From assembly GCA_017303655.1 (NCBI GenBank), contig JAFLCE010000008.1, positions 2,977-66,976 on the forward strand: a stretch of 64,000 nucleotides of DNA, given 5' to 3'. The number at the start of each line of letters is the position of its first letter. Position 1 is the stretch's first letter. A model generated the notes under the pieces. It did not search any database. It was not told where the DNA came from and worked only from the letters and a program-made list of their open reading frames with translations. The stretch is from Anaerolineae bacterium (lineage in GTDB: Bacteria; Chloroflexota; Anaerolineae; Anaerolineales; Villigracilaceae). A program made the position numbers and the translations under genes. Below are positions 8,424 to 17,760 of this stretch, piece by piece.

Positions 8424-10805
8424 ATGAAATACAACATAAACCGCGCAGTTGTCATCGGCTCAGGAACGATGGGCGCCGCCATCGCCGCGCATTTGGCGAA
8501 TATCGGCGTGCCTGTGACCTTGCTCGATATTGTTGCAAAAGATTCGCCAGATAAAAATAAGATCGTCAAAGAAGGTTGGGATCGCTGTATCAAAGCCCGC
8601 CCTGCCAATTTGATGGGCGATGAGTTGAAGACCTTGGTCACGCTTGGCAATCTTGAAGATAACTTCAGTGCAGTTGCCGAAGCGGATTGGATCTGCGAAG
8701 CGATCATCGAGAACCTCAAGATCAAGCAGGATTTGATGGTGCGCATTGACGAAGTCCGCAAGCCGAATGCGATTGTTTCGACTAATACTTCGGGCATTCC
8801 TGTTGCCTCCATTGCGGAGGGTCGCTCGAAGGAATTCAAGAAGCATTTTCTTGGAACGCACTTTTTCAACCCGCCGCGCTATTTGAAACTTTTGGAAATC
8901 ATCCCCACGCCCGATACTTCGAATGAAGTGGTCGAATTCATTTCGCACTTCGGTGAATATCGTTTGGGCAAGGGTATCGTGCTTTGCAAAGATACCCCCA
9001 ATTTCATCGGCAACCGCGTGGCATTTGGAACGGGCGCGTTTGCAATGGACTTCATTCTCAATAACGAGTACAACGTAGATGAAGTGGACGCTCTTACTGG
9101 ACCTCTAATGGGTCGCCCAAAAACAGCTACATTCAGGCTGATAGATCTGGTCGGTGTGGATGTGTGGCATCACGTGGGCAAGAATCTGGCGCCCTTGATT
9201 CCACATGACGAACTTGGGCAGAAATATCTTGCTGCCGAAAAGCCGCAGAAACTGATGGACACGTTGATGGAGCGCAAGTGGCTTGGCAACAAAACCAAAG
9301 TCGGTTTCTATAAGGAAGTCCGTGATTCGGAAGGGAAGAAGCAGTTCTACTCGTTGGATTTGAACACGCTGGAACATGTCCCTGCTGGCAAGCCGCGCTT
9401 CGACTCGGTCAAGGCGACGAAAGATGTCGAGGGTTTGGGTGACAGGCTCAAGGTCATGCTTGAAGCGGATGACAAGGCAGCCAAACTCGTCAAGGTGCTC
9501 ACGTATCAGAGCTTCCAATACGTCTCATCCATCATCCCCGAAGTGGCAGACACTGCCAAGCCGATTGATGATGCCATCCGCTGGGGTTTCATGCATGAGG
9601 CGGGTGCATTTGAAATTTGGGACATGCTCGGCGTGAAAGAAACCGTCAAGCGCATGAAGGCGGAAGGTTACCCCGCCGCCAAGTGGGTGGACGAAATGTT
9701 GAAGAATGGTTGCGAGACCTTTTATCAATATAAAGGTAGCAATAAAGTTGGCGCGTATGATGTTGCCAAGGGCAAGTATGTGAAGTTCAAGGCGAGTGAA
9801 GGTTTTGTGTTCTTGAAGGATTTGCGTGGCACGAAGAAGGAAGTCAGCAAAAACGCAGGCGCGACGCTATTTGATATTGGCGATGGCGTGGGCTTGGTGG
9901 AGTTCCACACCAAGATGAACGCGCTCGATGATGATATTTTTGCCATCACCTCTGAGGCGTTGGATAAACTTGAAACTGATTTCGATGGTTTGGTCGTCGG
10001 CAGTGAAGCGGATAACTTCAGCGCGGGCGCGAATTTATTCATGGTGGTCGTTGCGGCGCAGCAAGGTATGTGGGATCAACTCGATGATGCCATCAAACGC
10101 TTGCAAAATATGAACATGCGCATGCGTTACTCGCCCAAGCCTGTGGTGGTTGCCCCGGCGGGACTTGCGCTCGGCGGCGGTTGTGAAGTGACCATGCATG
10201 CCTCGCGTGTGGTGGCGGCTTCTGAAACCTATATTGGTTTAGTCGAACTTGGCGCGGGTGTCATCCCGGCAGGTGCGGGTACAAAAGAATACATGCGCCG
10301 CATCATTAATCCTGCGGTGAAAGTTCCTGATGCCGAACCGTTCCCATTCATTCAAAAGGCTTTCCTGCAAATCGGTCAGGCAAAAGTTGCGACCTCCGCA
10401 GAAGAAGCACGCGGCATGGGAATCCTCGGTCCGCAAGACCGTATTGTGACCAACCGTGACCATCTGCTGACCGAAGCCAAAAAGGAAGTGCTGCACATGG
10501 TCAATGCAGGTTATCGACCGCCCACGCCTGAACTCATCTATGCTGCTGGGCGCGATATGTTCGGCGCGATGAAGATCGGTGCCTGGGCGTTCAAAGAAGG
10601 TCACTACATCACCGAATATGATTCGCACATCGCCACCAAACTGGCACACATCATCGCAGGCGGTGACATCACCAAGCCGACCTGGGTGAGCGAGCAATAC
10701 ATCCTCGACCTTGAGCGCGAAGCATTCTTGTCGCTGTGCGGTGAAGAGAAAACGCAGGCGAGAATGTGGTCGATCTTGCAGAGCGGGAAGCCGTTGAGGA
10801 ACTAA
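8424..10805 (+). CDS. fadN: 3-hydroxyacyl-CoA dehydrogenase / enoyl-CoA hydratase (FadN-type)
   Basis: VIGSGTMGAAIA, NTSGIP, HFFNPPRYL, KDTPNFIGNR; C-terminal crotonase FSAGANL and ALGGGCE. Confidence 0.92.
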   Translation: MKYNINRAVVIGSGTMGAAIAAHLANIGVPVTLLDIVAKDSPDKNKIVKEGWDRCIKARPANLMGDELKTLVTLGNLEDNFSAVAEADWICEAIIENLKIKQDLMVRIDEVRKPNAIVSTNTSGIPVASIAEGRSKEFKKHFLGTHFFNPPRYLKLLEIIPTPDTSNEVVEFISHFGEYRLGKGIVLCKDTPNFIGNRVAFGTGAFAMDFILNNEYNVDEVDALTGPLMGRPKTATFRLIDLVGVDVWHHVGKNLAPLIPHDELGQKYLAAEKPQKLMDTLMERKWLGNKTKVGFYKEVRDSEGKKQFYSLDLNTLEHVPAGKPRFDSVKATKDVEGLGDRLKVMLEADDKAAKLVKVLTYQSFQYVSSIIPEVADTAKPIDDAIRWGFMHEAGAFEIWDMLGVKETVKRMKAEGYPAAKWVDEMLKNGCETFYQYKGSNKVGAYDVAKGKYVKFKASEGFVFLKDLRGTKKEVSKNAGATLFDIGDGVGLVEFHTKMNALDDDIFAITSEALDKLETDFDGLVVGSEADNFSAGANLFMVVVAAQQGMWDQLDDAIKRLQNMNMRMRYSPKPVVVAPAGLALGGGCEVTMHASRVVAASETYIGLVELGAGVIPAGAGTKEYMRRIINPAVKVPDAEPFPFIQKAFLQIGQAKVATSAEEARGMGILGPQDRIVTNRDHLLTEAKKEVLHMVNAGYRPPTPELIYAAGRDMFGAMKIGAWAFKEGHYITEYDSHIATKLAHIIAGGDITKPTWVSEQYILDLEREAFLSLCGEEKTQARMWSILQSGKPLRN

Positions 10806-10876
10806 TGTTGGCAAGTTGGAATGTTGAAAGGTTTGAAGGTTAACCTTCAAACCTGTAACTTTTAAACTTTCTAACC
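10805..10876. repeat. Inverted 8-mer repeat arms with a perfect 26-bp central palindrome
   Basis: atgttggc aagttgga atgttgaa aggtttga aggtt|aacct tcaaacct...; AGGTTTGAAGGTTAACCTTCAAACCT at 10829-10854. Confidence 0.85.
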
Positions 10877-10895
10877 CCAATAAAGGAGATTATCT

Positions 10896-12080
10896 ATGAC
10901 AACAAAAGAAGCAGTTATCGTAAGCGCTGTCCGCACTCCCGTTGGCAAAGCCAAGCGTGGTGGCATGGCAACGGTTCGTCCTGATGAAATGGGTGCTGCG
11001 GTGATCAAAGAGTTACTCAACCGCACGCCAAACCTTGACCCTGCTCAAATTGAAGATGTGGTCTTTGGCTGTGCTTTCCCTGAAGGCGAGCAAGGTATGA
11101 ACGTGGCTCGTACCATTTCCATTCGCGCGGGTCTGCCTGATACTGTCCCTGCGGAAACTATCAATCGCTACTGCTCGTCTGGCGTGCAGTCCATTGCTCA
11201 CATTGCCCATGCCATCAAAGCGGGTGATATTGAGATCGGCATCGGCGCGGGTGTGGAGTCCATGTCTATGGTGCCGATGATGGGTTATAAGTTTTCGCCC
11301 AATCCGCAGTTTGCGATGGAGTTGCCTCATTACTATACCAATATGGGTCTGACTGCTGAAAATGTGTCCACAAAGTATGGCATTACTCGCGAACAGCAAG
11401 ATGAGTTTGCATTGAAGAGCAACCAAAAGGCGGCGCACGCCGTTGATTCTGGTATCTTCGACCCGGAGCTGATTCCGCTGGATGTGGAAGTCAACGAATA
11501 CGTGGATGGCAAAGTGGTCAAGAAAAAATTCACCGTTAAACGGGATGAAGGTCCACGAGGCGACTCGACTCTCGACGGTCTTGCCAAGCTCAAGCCTGCT
11601 TTTAAAGAAGGCGGCTTCGTCACCGCTGGGAATTCTTCTCAGATGTCCGATGGCGCTTCGGCAGTCATGGTCATGTCCGCGGAGAAAGCTCACGAGCTGG
11701 GCCTCAAGCCACTAGCAAGATTCGTCTCCTTCGCAGTTGGAGGCGTTCCGCCGGAATTGATGGGTATTGGTCCCATTGCTGCGATCCCAAAGGCGATCAA
11801 AATCGCAGGTCTTTCCTTGAACGACATTGACCTCTTCGAGTTGAACGAAGCCTTCGCGGCTCAATCCCTTGCGGTGATGCAGACCCTCGAAATCGACCCG
11901 GACAAGGTCAACGTCAACGGCGGCGCAATTGCATTGGGACATCCGCTCGGCTGTACCGGCTCGAAGCTCACCACCCAACTCATCTACGAAATGGGGCGCC
12001 GCAAATCCAAGTATGGCATGGTCACTATGTGCATCGGCGGCGGTATGGGTGCGGCTGCGATCTTCGAGAATCTTCAATAG
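10896..12080 (+). CDS. fadA: Acetyl-CoA C-acyltransferase (thiolase)
   Basis: [28 protein letters not shown] catalytic motifs. Confidence 0.95.
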   Translation: MTTKEAVIVSAVRTPVGKAKRGGMATVRPDEMGAAVIKELLNRTPNLDPAQIEDVVFGCAFPEGEQGMNVARTISIRAGLPDTVPAETINRYCSSGVQSIAHIAHAIKAGDIEIGIGAGVESMSMVPMMGYKFSPNPQFAMELPHYYTNMGLTAENVSTKYGITREQQDEFALKSNQKAAHAVDSGIFDPELIPLDVEVNEYVDGKVVKKKFTVKRDEGPRGDSTLDGLAKLKPAFKEGGFVTAGNSSQMSDGASAVMVMSAEKAHELGLKPLARFVSFAVGGVPPELMGIGPIAAIPKAIKIAGLSLNDIDLFELNEAFAAQSLAVMQTLEIDPDKVNVNGGAIALGHPLGCTGSKLTTQLIYEMGRRKSKYGMVTMCIGGGMGAAAIFENLQ

Positions 12081-12084
12081 TGAT

Positions 12085-12127
12085 TTACGTTTTACGCATC
12101 ACGTATTAATTAATACGTGATGCGTAC
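12085..12127. repeat. Inverted 7-mer repeat arms with a perfect 34-bp palindrome
   Basis: ttacgtt ttacgca tcacgta ttaattaa tacgtga tgcgtac; perfect palindrome 12093-12126. Confidence 0.85.
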
Positions 12128-12154
12128 TATCATTTTCAAAAAGGAAACTAATCA

Positions 12155-12481
12155 ATGGCTCTCACAATCGAAACCCTCATGTCCAAAATGCCCGACGCAT
12201 TCATTCCTGAAAAGGCGGCTGGCTTGGATGCCACCATCCAATTCAACTTCACCGGCGAAGAACCCGGCGAATGGTATGCCACCATCAAAGATGGCAAAGT
12301 GACCGTTGAAAAAGGGACGCACGCTTCCCCTAAGATGACCCTCACGGCTGATTCTGCTGATTACGTCAAGATCTTTACTGGCGAGATCGACGGAATGCAA
12401 GCCTTTATGCAGGGCAAGCTTAAACTTGCAGGCGACCTGAACCTGGCGATGAAGTTGACCCAGATGTTCAAGATCAAGTAA
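12155..12481 (+). CDS. SCP2 sterol/acyl-binding domain protein
   Basis: AFMQGKLKLAGDLNLAMKL signature; last gene of the fad operon. Confidence 0.92.
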   Translation: MALTIETLMSKMPDAFIPEKAAGLDATIQFNFTGEEPGEWYATIKDGKVTVEKGTHASPKMTLTADSADYVKIFTGEIDGMQAFMQGKLKLAGDLNLAMKLTQMFKIK

Positions 12482-12510
12482 CTGCCCTAAGACTTAAGTA
12501 CTCTACCCAT

Positions 12511-12550
12511 TGCGCCTCACTATAGTATAGTGGGGCGCAGTTTATTTATT
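12511..12550 (+). terminator. Intrinsic terminator after SCP2
   Basis: TGCGCCTCACTATA/TATAGTGGGGCGCA stem followed by TTTATTT. Confidence 0.65.
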
Positions 12551-12562
12551 GGAGGATGCGTC

Positions 12563-13387
12563 ATGGTAGATTTTTTTAGTTGGCAGGCAATACTTGTTTA
12601 TGTTTTAGTCATTGTGTTTATATTAGTTTTTACAGGTTTTGACCTCACTGATTTCATAGGAGGCTTTTTAGAAAAAACAGAGGCGGAGAAGGAGATCAAG
12701 GAAATACACAAAGCCATTGAAGACTTATCAAAATACAAGGAAGATATTTTTCTATCCGGCGGTATGTTGGCTCCGGCTGTGATCGTATCTGCCAAGCGGG
12801 TAGTATCGTGGGGTGGTCGTAATCGCCGAGATCATTCTTGGCATTTGATCGATTTTGAAGTAGATGTCTTTTCAGAAGATATTCCGCCATTCCGAGCTCG
12901 TTTTCGTAATGAAATTTATAGACCATCCTTTGTACGAGCTAACAATGAAGAAATGCTCACCGAGCATGGACGAAAAATTTGGGTGACCTATGATCCCAAA
13001 GACACTTCAAGGGCATATCTGGATCATTATGATGACGACCACGAATCAGCCATGAAAGAGCGTGAGGTTAATGGTCGCCGGGCAGCGTTCAATAAAATGA
13101 CAGAAGGTAACGAAGACCTCAAAGTCCGTGGCGAACAGGCTGAAGCTGTTATCACCCGTGTGGATGACCTGGAACTTCCTTATCCATCGAAAAATTCACG
13201 TGCAGTGCATATTTGTTTTGAGGTTACACCCAAGGCAGGCTTCCCATTTCAGGCGGAAGGTGACGTGTTGATTGGTGAAACTGCAATTGAGAAATATTCC
13301 GTAGGAAAAAAGGTGTTTGTTCGTTATGACCTCCAGAATCCCAAATGGGCTGTATTGGATACAGAGCGAAATAGATCAATCGGGTGA
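12563..13387 (+). CDS. Membrane-anchored hypothetical protein, paralogue A (two DUF3592-like beta domains)
   Basis: N-terminal TM; GGAGG RBS; shares EHGRK.W..YDPKD..RAYL.HYD and EKYSVGK with 14023..14814. Confidence 0.75.
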   Translation: MVDFFSWQAILVYVLVIVFILVFTGFDLTDFIGGFLEKTEAEKEIKEIHKAIEDLSKYKEDIFLSGGMLAPAVIVSAKRVVSWGGRNRRDHSWHLIDFEVDVFSEDIPPFRARFRNEIYRPSFVRANNEEMLTEHGRKIWVTYDPKDTSRAYLDHYDDDHESAMKEREVNGRRAAFNKMTEGNEDLKVRGEQAEAVITRVDDLELPYPSKNSRAVHICFEVTPKAGFPFQAEGDVLIGETAIEKYSVGKKVFVRYDLQNPKWAVLDTERNRSIG

Positions 13388-13391
13388 TTTT

Positions 13392-13820
13392 ATGAATACA
13401 AATAATTGGTTGGCTGTTGCTTGTTTTATTGGGTTTGCTTTATTGGTTTTGATACCATTTTGGTTCATTTTTTCTATTGGCTCCAAAAAGGTAAGCGAGG
13501 AAATCGAAAAGGCAAGGCAAGAAAGGGAGTCTATTCGGAAAGCTGGCGGAGTCACGGCTTCGGCTGTGATCATATCTGCCAAGTGGGAAGGGGAAAGGAA
13601 TAAACATCTACGTAAGATCCTCTTTGTTGTGGATGTGCTACCTGAAAACCAACCACCCTTTCGAGCTACCTTTCGCGATGAAGCCTATCGAAGGAGTGTC
13701 AAAGTGGAAAATTATGAAATGATCAGCGAGTTGGGTCAAAGGATTTGGGTAACCTATGACCCTACTAATTCCAGTCGAATGTTTTTAGAACGTTATGAAG
13801 ATGAAAGCAATTCCATATAA
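13392..13820 (+). CDS. Membrane-anchored hypothetical protein, paralogue B (single beta domain)
   Basis: N-terminal TM; AVIISAK...PPFRATF...EMISELGQRIWVTYDP matches domain 1 of A and C. Confidence 0.75.
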   Translation: MNTNNWLAVACFIGFALLVLIPFWFIFSIGSKKVSEEIEKARQERESIRKAGGVTASAVIISAKWEGERNKHLRKILFVVDVLPENQPPFRATFRDEAYRRSVKVENYEMISELGQRIWVTYDPTNSSRMFLERYEDESNSI

Positions 13821-13892
13821 TTTGTTTGCAGCGGTTGATGTTTCTAAGAAATATGTTTTGTCTTCAACATAACCCTCAAAAGACGATCGTCT

Positions 13893-13955
13893 AAGCTTCA
13901 AATCTTAGATTTGAATTTGTCAATGAAACTTACCCAATTGTTCAAGATCAAGTAA
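13893..13955 (+). pseudogene. Relic of the 3' end of an SCP2 gene
   Basis: Translates KLQILDLNLSMKLTQLFKIK* versus the SCP2 C-terminus KLKLAGDLNLAMKLTQMFKIK*; TGTTCAAGATCAAGTAA is identical in both. Confidence 0.8.
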
Positions 13956-13973
13956 TTAGAGATATTATGTCGT

Positions 13974-14008
13974 AAAATATGCCCAGCAATATGCTGGGCA
14001 TATTTTTT
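13974..14008 (+). terminator. Intrinsic terminator after the SCP2 relic
   Basis: AAAATATGCCCAGCA-ata-TGCTGGGCATATTTTTT. Confidence 0.75.
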
Positions 14009-14022
14009 ATCGGAGAATCAAA

Positions 14023-14814
14023 ATGACCGAATACTCGATTTGGTGGACAATTGGCGGATTTGCTTGTTTGATCGCGCTTGGATTAGCTGTTGTGGCACCG
14101 GGATTTATTCTTGGATTTTCGCTCTCACGGAAATCCAATCAGAAACTTAATGTAGAAAGAGCAGAGCGCGAGAAATACCAGCAATCCATCCGCGATAATG
14201 ACGGGGTGATGGCGCCAGGTGTCATCCTCGCTGCCAAAGTGCTCAGGTCGTGGGGTGGGGGAAAGAATCGTTCTCCTGATGGTCACGTAATGGAATATGA
14301 GATCGAGATCACGCCTGAAAATGGTTTGCCGTTTCGTATCAAAACAAATGAGGAATTCTTGGGGGGAAGCTATACGAGCGTTTTTAACGAAATGATTTCC
14401 GAACATGGACGGAAAGTTTGGGCTGTTTATGATCCCAAAGATCCAACCCGTGCATATTTGAGCCATTATGACGAAAACCATTATGAAGGAACTCTTAATT
14501 ATCGCCGGGGTATTTTCAATAAGTTGACCGAAGGAAATGAAGAGCTCAAAAAGACGGGTGAACAGGCGGAAGCGATCATAACCGGAGTGGACGACCTAAA
14601 CCTGCCCTATCCCCTGAAAAAAGGACGAGCCATGCACCTGTATTTTGATGTTATGCCAATAGCGGGGACTGTTTTTCGAGCAGAAGCCAATGTGCTAATT
14701 GGCGATGTCGCAGTAGAGAAATATTCGGTAGGAAAGACCGTATACATCCGCTTTGACCGACTCAACCCACAGCGGGCAGTATTGGATTCGGAACGCAATA
14801 AATCAATTCAATAG
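14023..14814 (+). CDS. Membrane-anchored hypothetical protein, paralogue C (two beta domains)
   Basis: N-terminal TM; FNKLTEGNEELK..GEQAEAIIT.VDDL.LPYP nearly identical to paralogue A. Confidence 0.75.
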   Translation: MTEYSIWWTIGGFACLIALGLAVVAPGFILGFSLSRKSNQKLNVERAEREKYQQSIRDNDGVMAPGVILAAKVLRSWGGGKNRSPDGHVMEYEIEITPENGLPFRIKTNEEFLGGSYTSVFNEMISEHGRKVWAVYDPKDPTRAYLSHYDENHYEGTLNYRRGIFNKLTEGNEELKKTGEQAEAIITGVDDLNLPYPLKKGRAMHLYFDVMPIAGTVFRAEANVLIGDVAVEKYSVGKTVYIRFDRLNPQRAVLDSERNKSIQ

Positions 14815-14832
14815 CTTATCCTCATACACTTC

Positions 14833-14858
14833 TGCAACCCTCCGGATGCAGAGGCGTA
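14833..14858 (+). promoter_or_regulatory. Putative ECF-sigma (SigW-like) promoter upstream of terC
   Basis: TGCAAC-N16-CGTA. Confidence 0.4.
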
Positions 14859-14927
14859 TATTTTTGAGTACCCAAAAAATCAAAATATAAGTAAAATTCG
14901 TTATCATTTCATTAGGAGAACCAAATC

Positions 14928-15761
14928 GTGGACTTTAGTTGGATATTTACCCCCGAAACATTGATCGCCTTCTTCACCCTTGTCGTCTTGGAATTGGTGT
15001 TGGGCGTTGATAATGTCATCTTTATCTCGATCCTTGCCGGGAAACTTCCCAAGCAAGATCAACAGCGCGCCCGCACAACGGGTATTGCGCTGGCAGTTGT
15101 CACCCGTATTTTGTTGCTACTTTCCCTTTCCTGGATCATCAGCCTGGAAGAGCCGTTCTTCTACCTTCCCTGGTTTGGCGGTGAAGAATTGGGTATTTCG
15201 GGGCGTGACTTGATCTTGCTCGCAGGCGGTCTGTTCCTGTTGGGGAAAAGCACATATGAGATCCATGAAAAACTGGAAGGTCATACCGGAGAAACCTCTA
15301 CTAAAGTAGTAACGACCTTTGCGAGTGTCATTTTTCAAATCCTATTATTGGATGTAGTATTCTCACTCGACTCGGTGATCACCGCGGTGGGCATGGTGGA
15401 CCATATTGAGATCATGATCATCGCTGTGATCGTATCCGCAACCGTCATGGTCTTCACAGCCGGTCCCATTGGCGAATTTGTGGAGAAACACCCCACCATC
15501 AAGATACTTGCCCTCAGCTTCCTGTTGCTTATCGGCTTCACCTTGGTCGTGGAAGGCTTGCACCAGCACATCCCGAAGGGTTATATCTACTTCGCCATGG
15601 GTTTCTCCGTGCTTGTGGAAATGATCAACTTGCGAGTTCGTGGTAAATCTGAGCCTGTCACATTGCATGCCGCATATGCTGCTGGTGGTGATGGAGCTGC
15701 TCCTGCGGTAGCCGCGCCAGCACCTGCCAAGAAATCAAAACCGAAAAACAAAAAGAAGTAA
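14928..15761 (+). CDS. TerC family integral membrane protein
   Basis: LELVLGVDNVIFISI, DVVFSLDSVITAVG, KGYIYFAMGFS; GTG start with AGGAG RBS. Confidence 0.93.
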   Translation: MDFSWIFTPETLIAFFTLVVLELVLGVDNVIFISILAGKLPKQDQQRARTTGIALAVVTRILLLLSLSWIISLEEPFFYLPWFGGEELGISGRDLILLAGGLFLLGKSTYEIHEKLEGHTGETSTKVVTTFASVIFQILLLDVVFSLDSVITAVGMVDHIEIMIIAVIVSATVMVFTAGPIGEFVEKHPTIKILALSFLLLIGFTLVVEGLHQHIPKGYIYFAMGFSVLVEMINLRVRGKSEPVTLHAAYAAGGDGAAPAVAAPAPAKKSKPKNKKK

Positions 15762-15762
15762 T

Positions 15763-15794
15763 AAAAAAGCGGACTTTCAAAAGTCCGCTTTTTT
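15763..15794. terminator. Bidirectional intrinsic terminator
   Basis: AAAAAAGCGGACTTT-ca-AAAGTCCGCTTTTTT between convergent terC and thrB. Confidence 0.9.
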
Positions 15795-15795
15795 A

Positions 15796-16680
15796 TTACT
15801 TGCAATGTGTACCCAAGCTACTGGGTTTGATGATAAAACTTTTTGTATCAATCCCTCTCTCTTCATATACCGCACGGATCCTGGCTCGCGCCTCTTCCGC
15901 TTTTTCTGGAATTGTAAACGTAATGATCGAAGGTCCCGCACCCGATAATGCTGCTGCACCAAATTGACGTGCGCTTTTATAGGCAGCCATACCGCCCGCA
16001 ATGTGCCTGAGCCGATACGGCTGATGAATGCGGTCTTCCATCACATGTTGTAATAAGTCTAAATCACCATTGCGAAGCGCATCCACCACCAAAGTCGTCC
16101 GCCCAATGTTGTGGACAGCATCTGCCCGTGAAATGGATTTGGGCAGTACGGCACGTGCCGTCTTCGTCAACCACTCCACATTGGGCTTGACGATAACCAC
16201 AGTCAACTCAGGGACTTCATAACGGCGTGTGATAATCTCAGCCTTCTTCATTACAGAGACGACCAATCCGCCTTGCAAGGCAGGTGCGACATTATCCGGG
16301 TGTCCTTCCATCTCTGTCGCGACTTTTAGAAGATCATTTCCGCTTAACGGCTTGCCAAGCATTTCATTCGCACCGAACAAGCCTGCTACAATTGCCGCTG
16401 CACTCGAACCCAAACCGCTGCTCATCGGGATCGCATTCTGTGCCGAAATGTTTACACCGTTCAACGTTTGACCGCACACTTCGAACACGCGTGCATAAGA
16501 CTTGGTGAGCAGATTTCGATTGCCTTTGTTTAATTTCTCGGCGCCCTCACCATGAGCATGGTACCTTAATGAACCCGCTTCTTCAAAAGAGATTTCATTC
16601 CAAAGGTCCAACGCCAGACCGAGACAGTCGAAGCCGGGACCCAAATTGGCAGAAGTGGCAGGGACTCGAATTTTTATCAT
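15796..16680 (-). CDS. thrB: Homoserine kinase
   Basis: VPATSANLGPGFD, IPMSSGLGSSAA, EGHPDN, LSGAGPS; ATG at 16680 is the likely start. Confidence 0.95.
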   Translation of the reverse strand: MIKIRVPATSANLGPGFDCLGLALDLWNEISFEEAGSLRYHAHGEGAEKLNKGNRNLLTKSYARVFEVCGQTLNGVNISAQNAIPMSSGLGSSAAAIVAGLFGANEMLGKPLSGNDLLKVATEMEGHPDNVAPALQGGLVVSVMKKAEIITRRYEVPELTVVIVKPNVEWLTKTARAVLPKSISRADAVHNIGRTTLVVDALRNGDLDLLQHVMEDRIHQPYRLRHIAGGMAAYKSARQFGAAALSGAGPSIITFTIPEKAEEARARIRAVYEERGIDTKSFIIKPSSLGTHCK

Positions 16681-16687
16681 AAGGGAC

Positions 16688-16695
16688 ATTATAAT
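16688..16695. promoter_or_regulatory. Overlapping bidirectional -10 elements (ATTATAAT)
   Basis: TATAAT on + at 16690-16695 (toward thrC) and on - at 16688-16693, 7 nt before the thrB ATG. Confidence 0.55.
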
Positions 16696-16722
16696 CGCCT
16701 CACAAACTAACTCGGAGTTGAC

Positions 16723-17760
16723 ATGACATACCAGGGCTTGATCCACCATTATAGATCGTATCTTGATTTACCCGCACATACCCAGATCATTTCTCTCAAT
16801 GAAGGCAATACGCCACTGATTCCCATGCCGCGACTTGGGCGGGAATTCGGCTGTGAGTTGTTCGTCAAATTCGAAGGGCTGAACCCCACCGGCTCCTTCA
16901 AAGACCGCGGCATGACCGCTGCCATCAGCGAAGCCTTTGGACGTGGCGCGAAGACTGTCATCTGCGCTTCTACTGGCAACACCGCCGCATCTGCCGCCGC
17001 CTACGCCGCTCGTGCCGGGTTGCGTTCCATTGTGTTGATCCCTGAGGGGAAGGTTGCTGTAGGCAAACTTGCAGGTGCCATTGCCTACGGCGCGGAAGTC
17101 ATCCAGATTCAAGGCTCGTTTGACGATGCCCTGACCCTTGTAGTAGAGATTACGCAAAAGACACCCATAGCATTGGTGAACTCGATTAACCCATATCGCA
17201 TTGAAGGGCAGAAGACCGCTCCCTTTGAAATTTGTGACGAGCTTGGTTCTGCACCTGATTGGTTGTGTCTGCCGGTGGGTAATGCTGGGAACATCACCTC
17301 CTATTGGGCGGGCTTCAAACAATATGGCAAAGGTCTTCCGCAGGTGCTCGGTGTACAAGCGGAAGGAGCTGCTCCACTTGTGTTGGGGCACCCCGTTGAG
17401 AAACCCGAAACGATCGCAACCGCCATTCGGATCGGTAAACCAGCACGCGGCGAACAAGCCTTGGATGCCGCACAAGAATCAAACGGACGGATCATCGCCG
17501 TATCAGATGCGCAGATATTAGATGCACAACGCATCCTTGCCTCGGAAGGGGTCTGGGTGGAACCGGCTTCAGCGGCGGGATTGGCGGGCTTATTTGCAGA
17601 AGCAGCTCTCGGCAAGTTTGAAGCGCGAGGCAAACGTATCGTCATTGTTTGCACTGGGCATGGTATGAAAGATCCATCTATCATCACCGAGTCATTTAAA
17701 GCGCCGCAGGTCATCCCAGCAAATTATGATGCTTTGATGAATGTGATCGGAGGAGCCTAA
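16723..17760 (+). CDS. thrC: Threonine synthase
   Basis: NPTGSFKDRG (PLP lysine), CASTGNT, PVGNAGNI, EPASAA; adjacent to thrB. Confidence 0.95.
   Translation: MTYQGLIHHYRSYLDLPAHTQIISLNEGNTPLIPMPRLGREFGCELFVKFEGLNPTGSFKDRGMTAAISEAFGRGAKTVICASTGNTAASAAAYAARAGLRSIVLIPEGKVAVGKLAGAIAYGAEVIQIQGSFDDALTLVVEITQKTPIALVNSINPYRIEGQKTAPFEICDELGSAPDWLCLPVGNAGNITSYWAGFKQYGKGLPQVLGVQAEGAAPLVLGHPVEKPETIATAIRIGKPARGEQALDAAQESNGRIIAVSDAQILDAQRILASEGVWVEPASAAGLAGLFAEAALGKFEARGKRIVIVCTGHGMKDPSIITESFKAPQVIPANYDALMNVIGGA

Noticed and set aside
5398-12127. Intergenic repeats as a CRISPR array
   Set aside because: Units are 7-8 bp, tandem and inverted, with no spacers and no cas genes
14815-14927. yybP-ykoY (Mn) riboswitch before terC or before the metal ABC operon
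   Set aside because: The conserved core was not recognisable in either leader; an Infernal/Rfam scan would settle it
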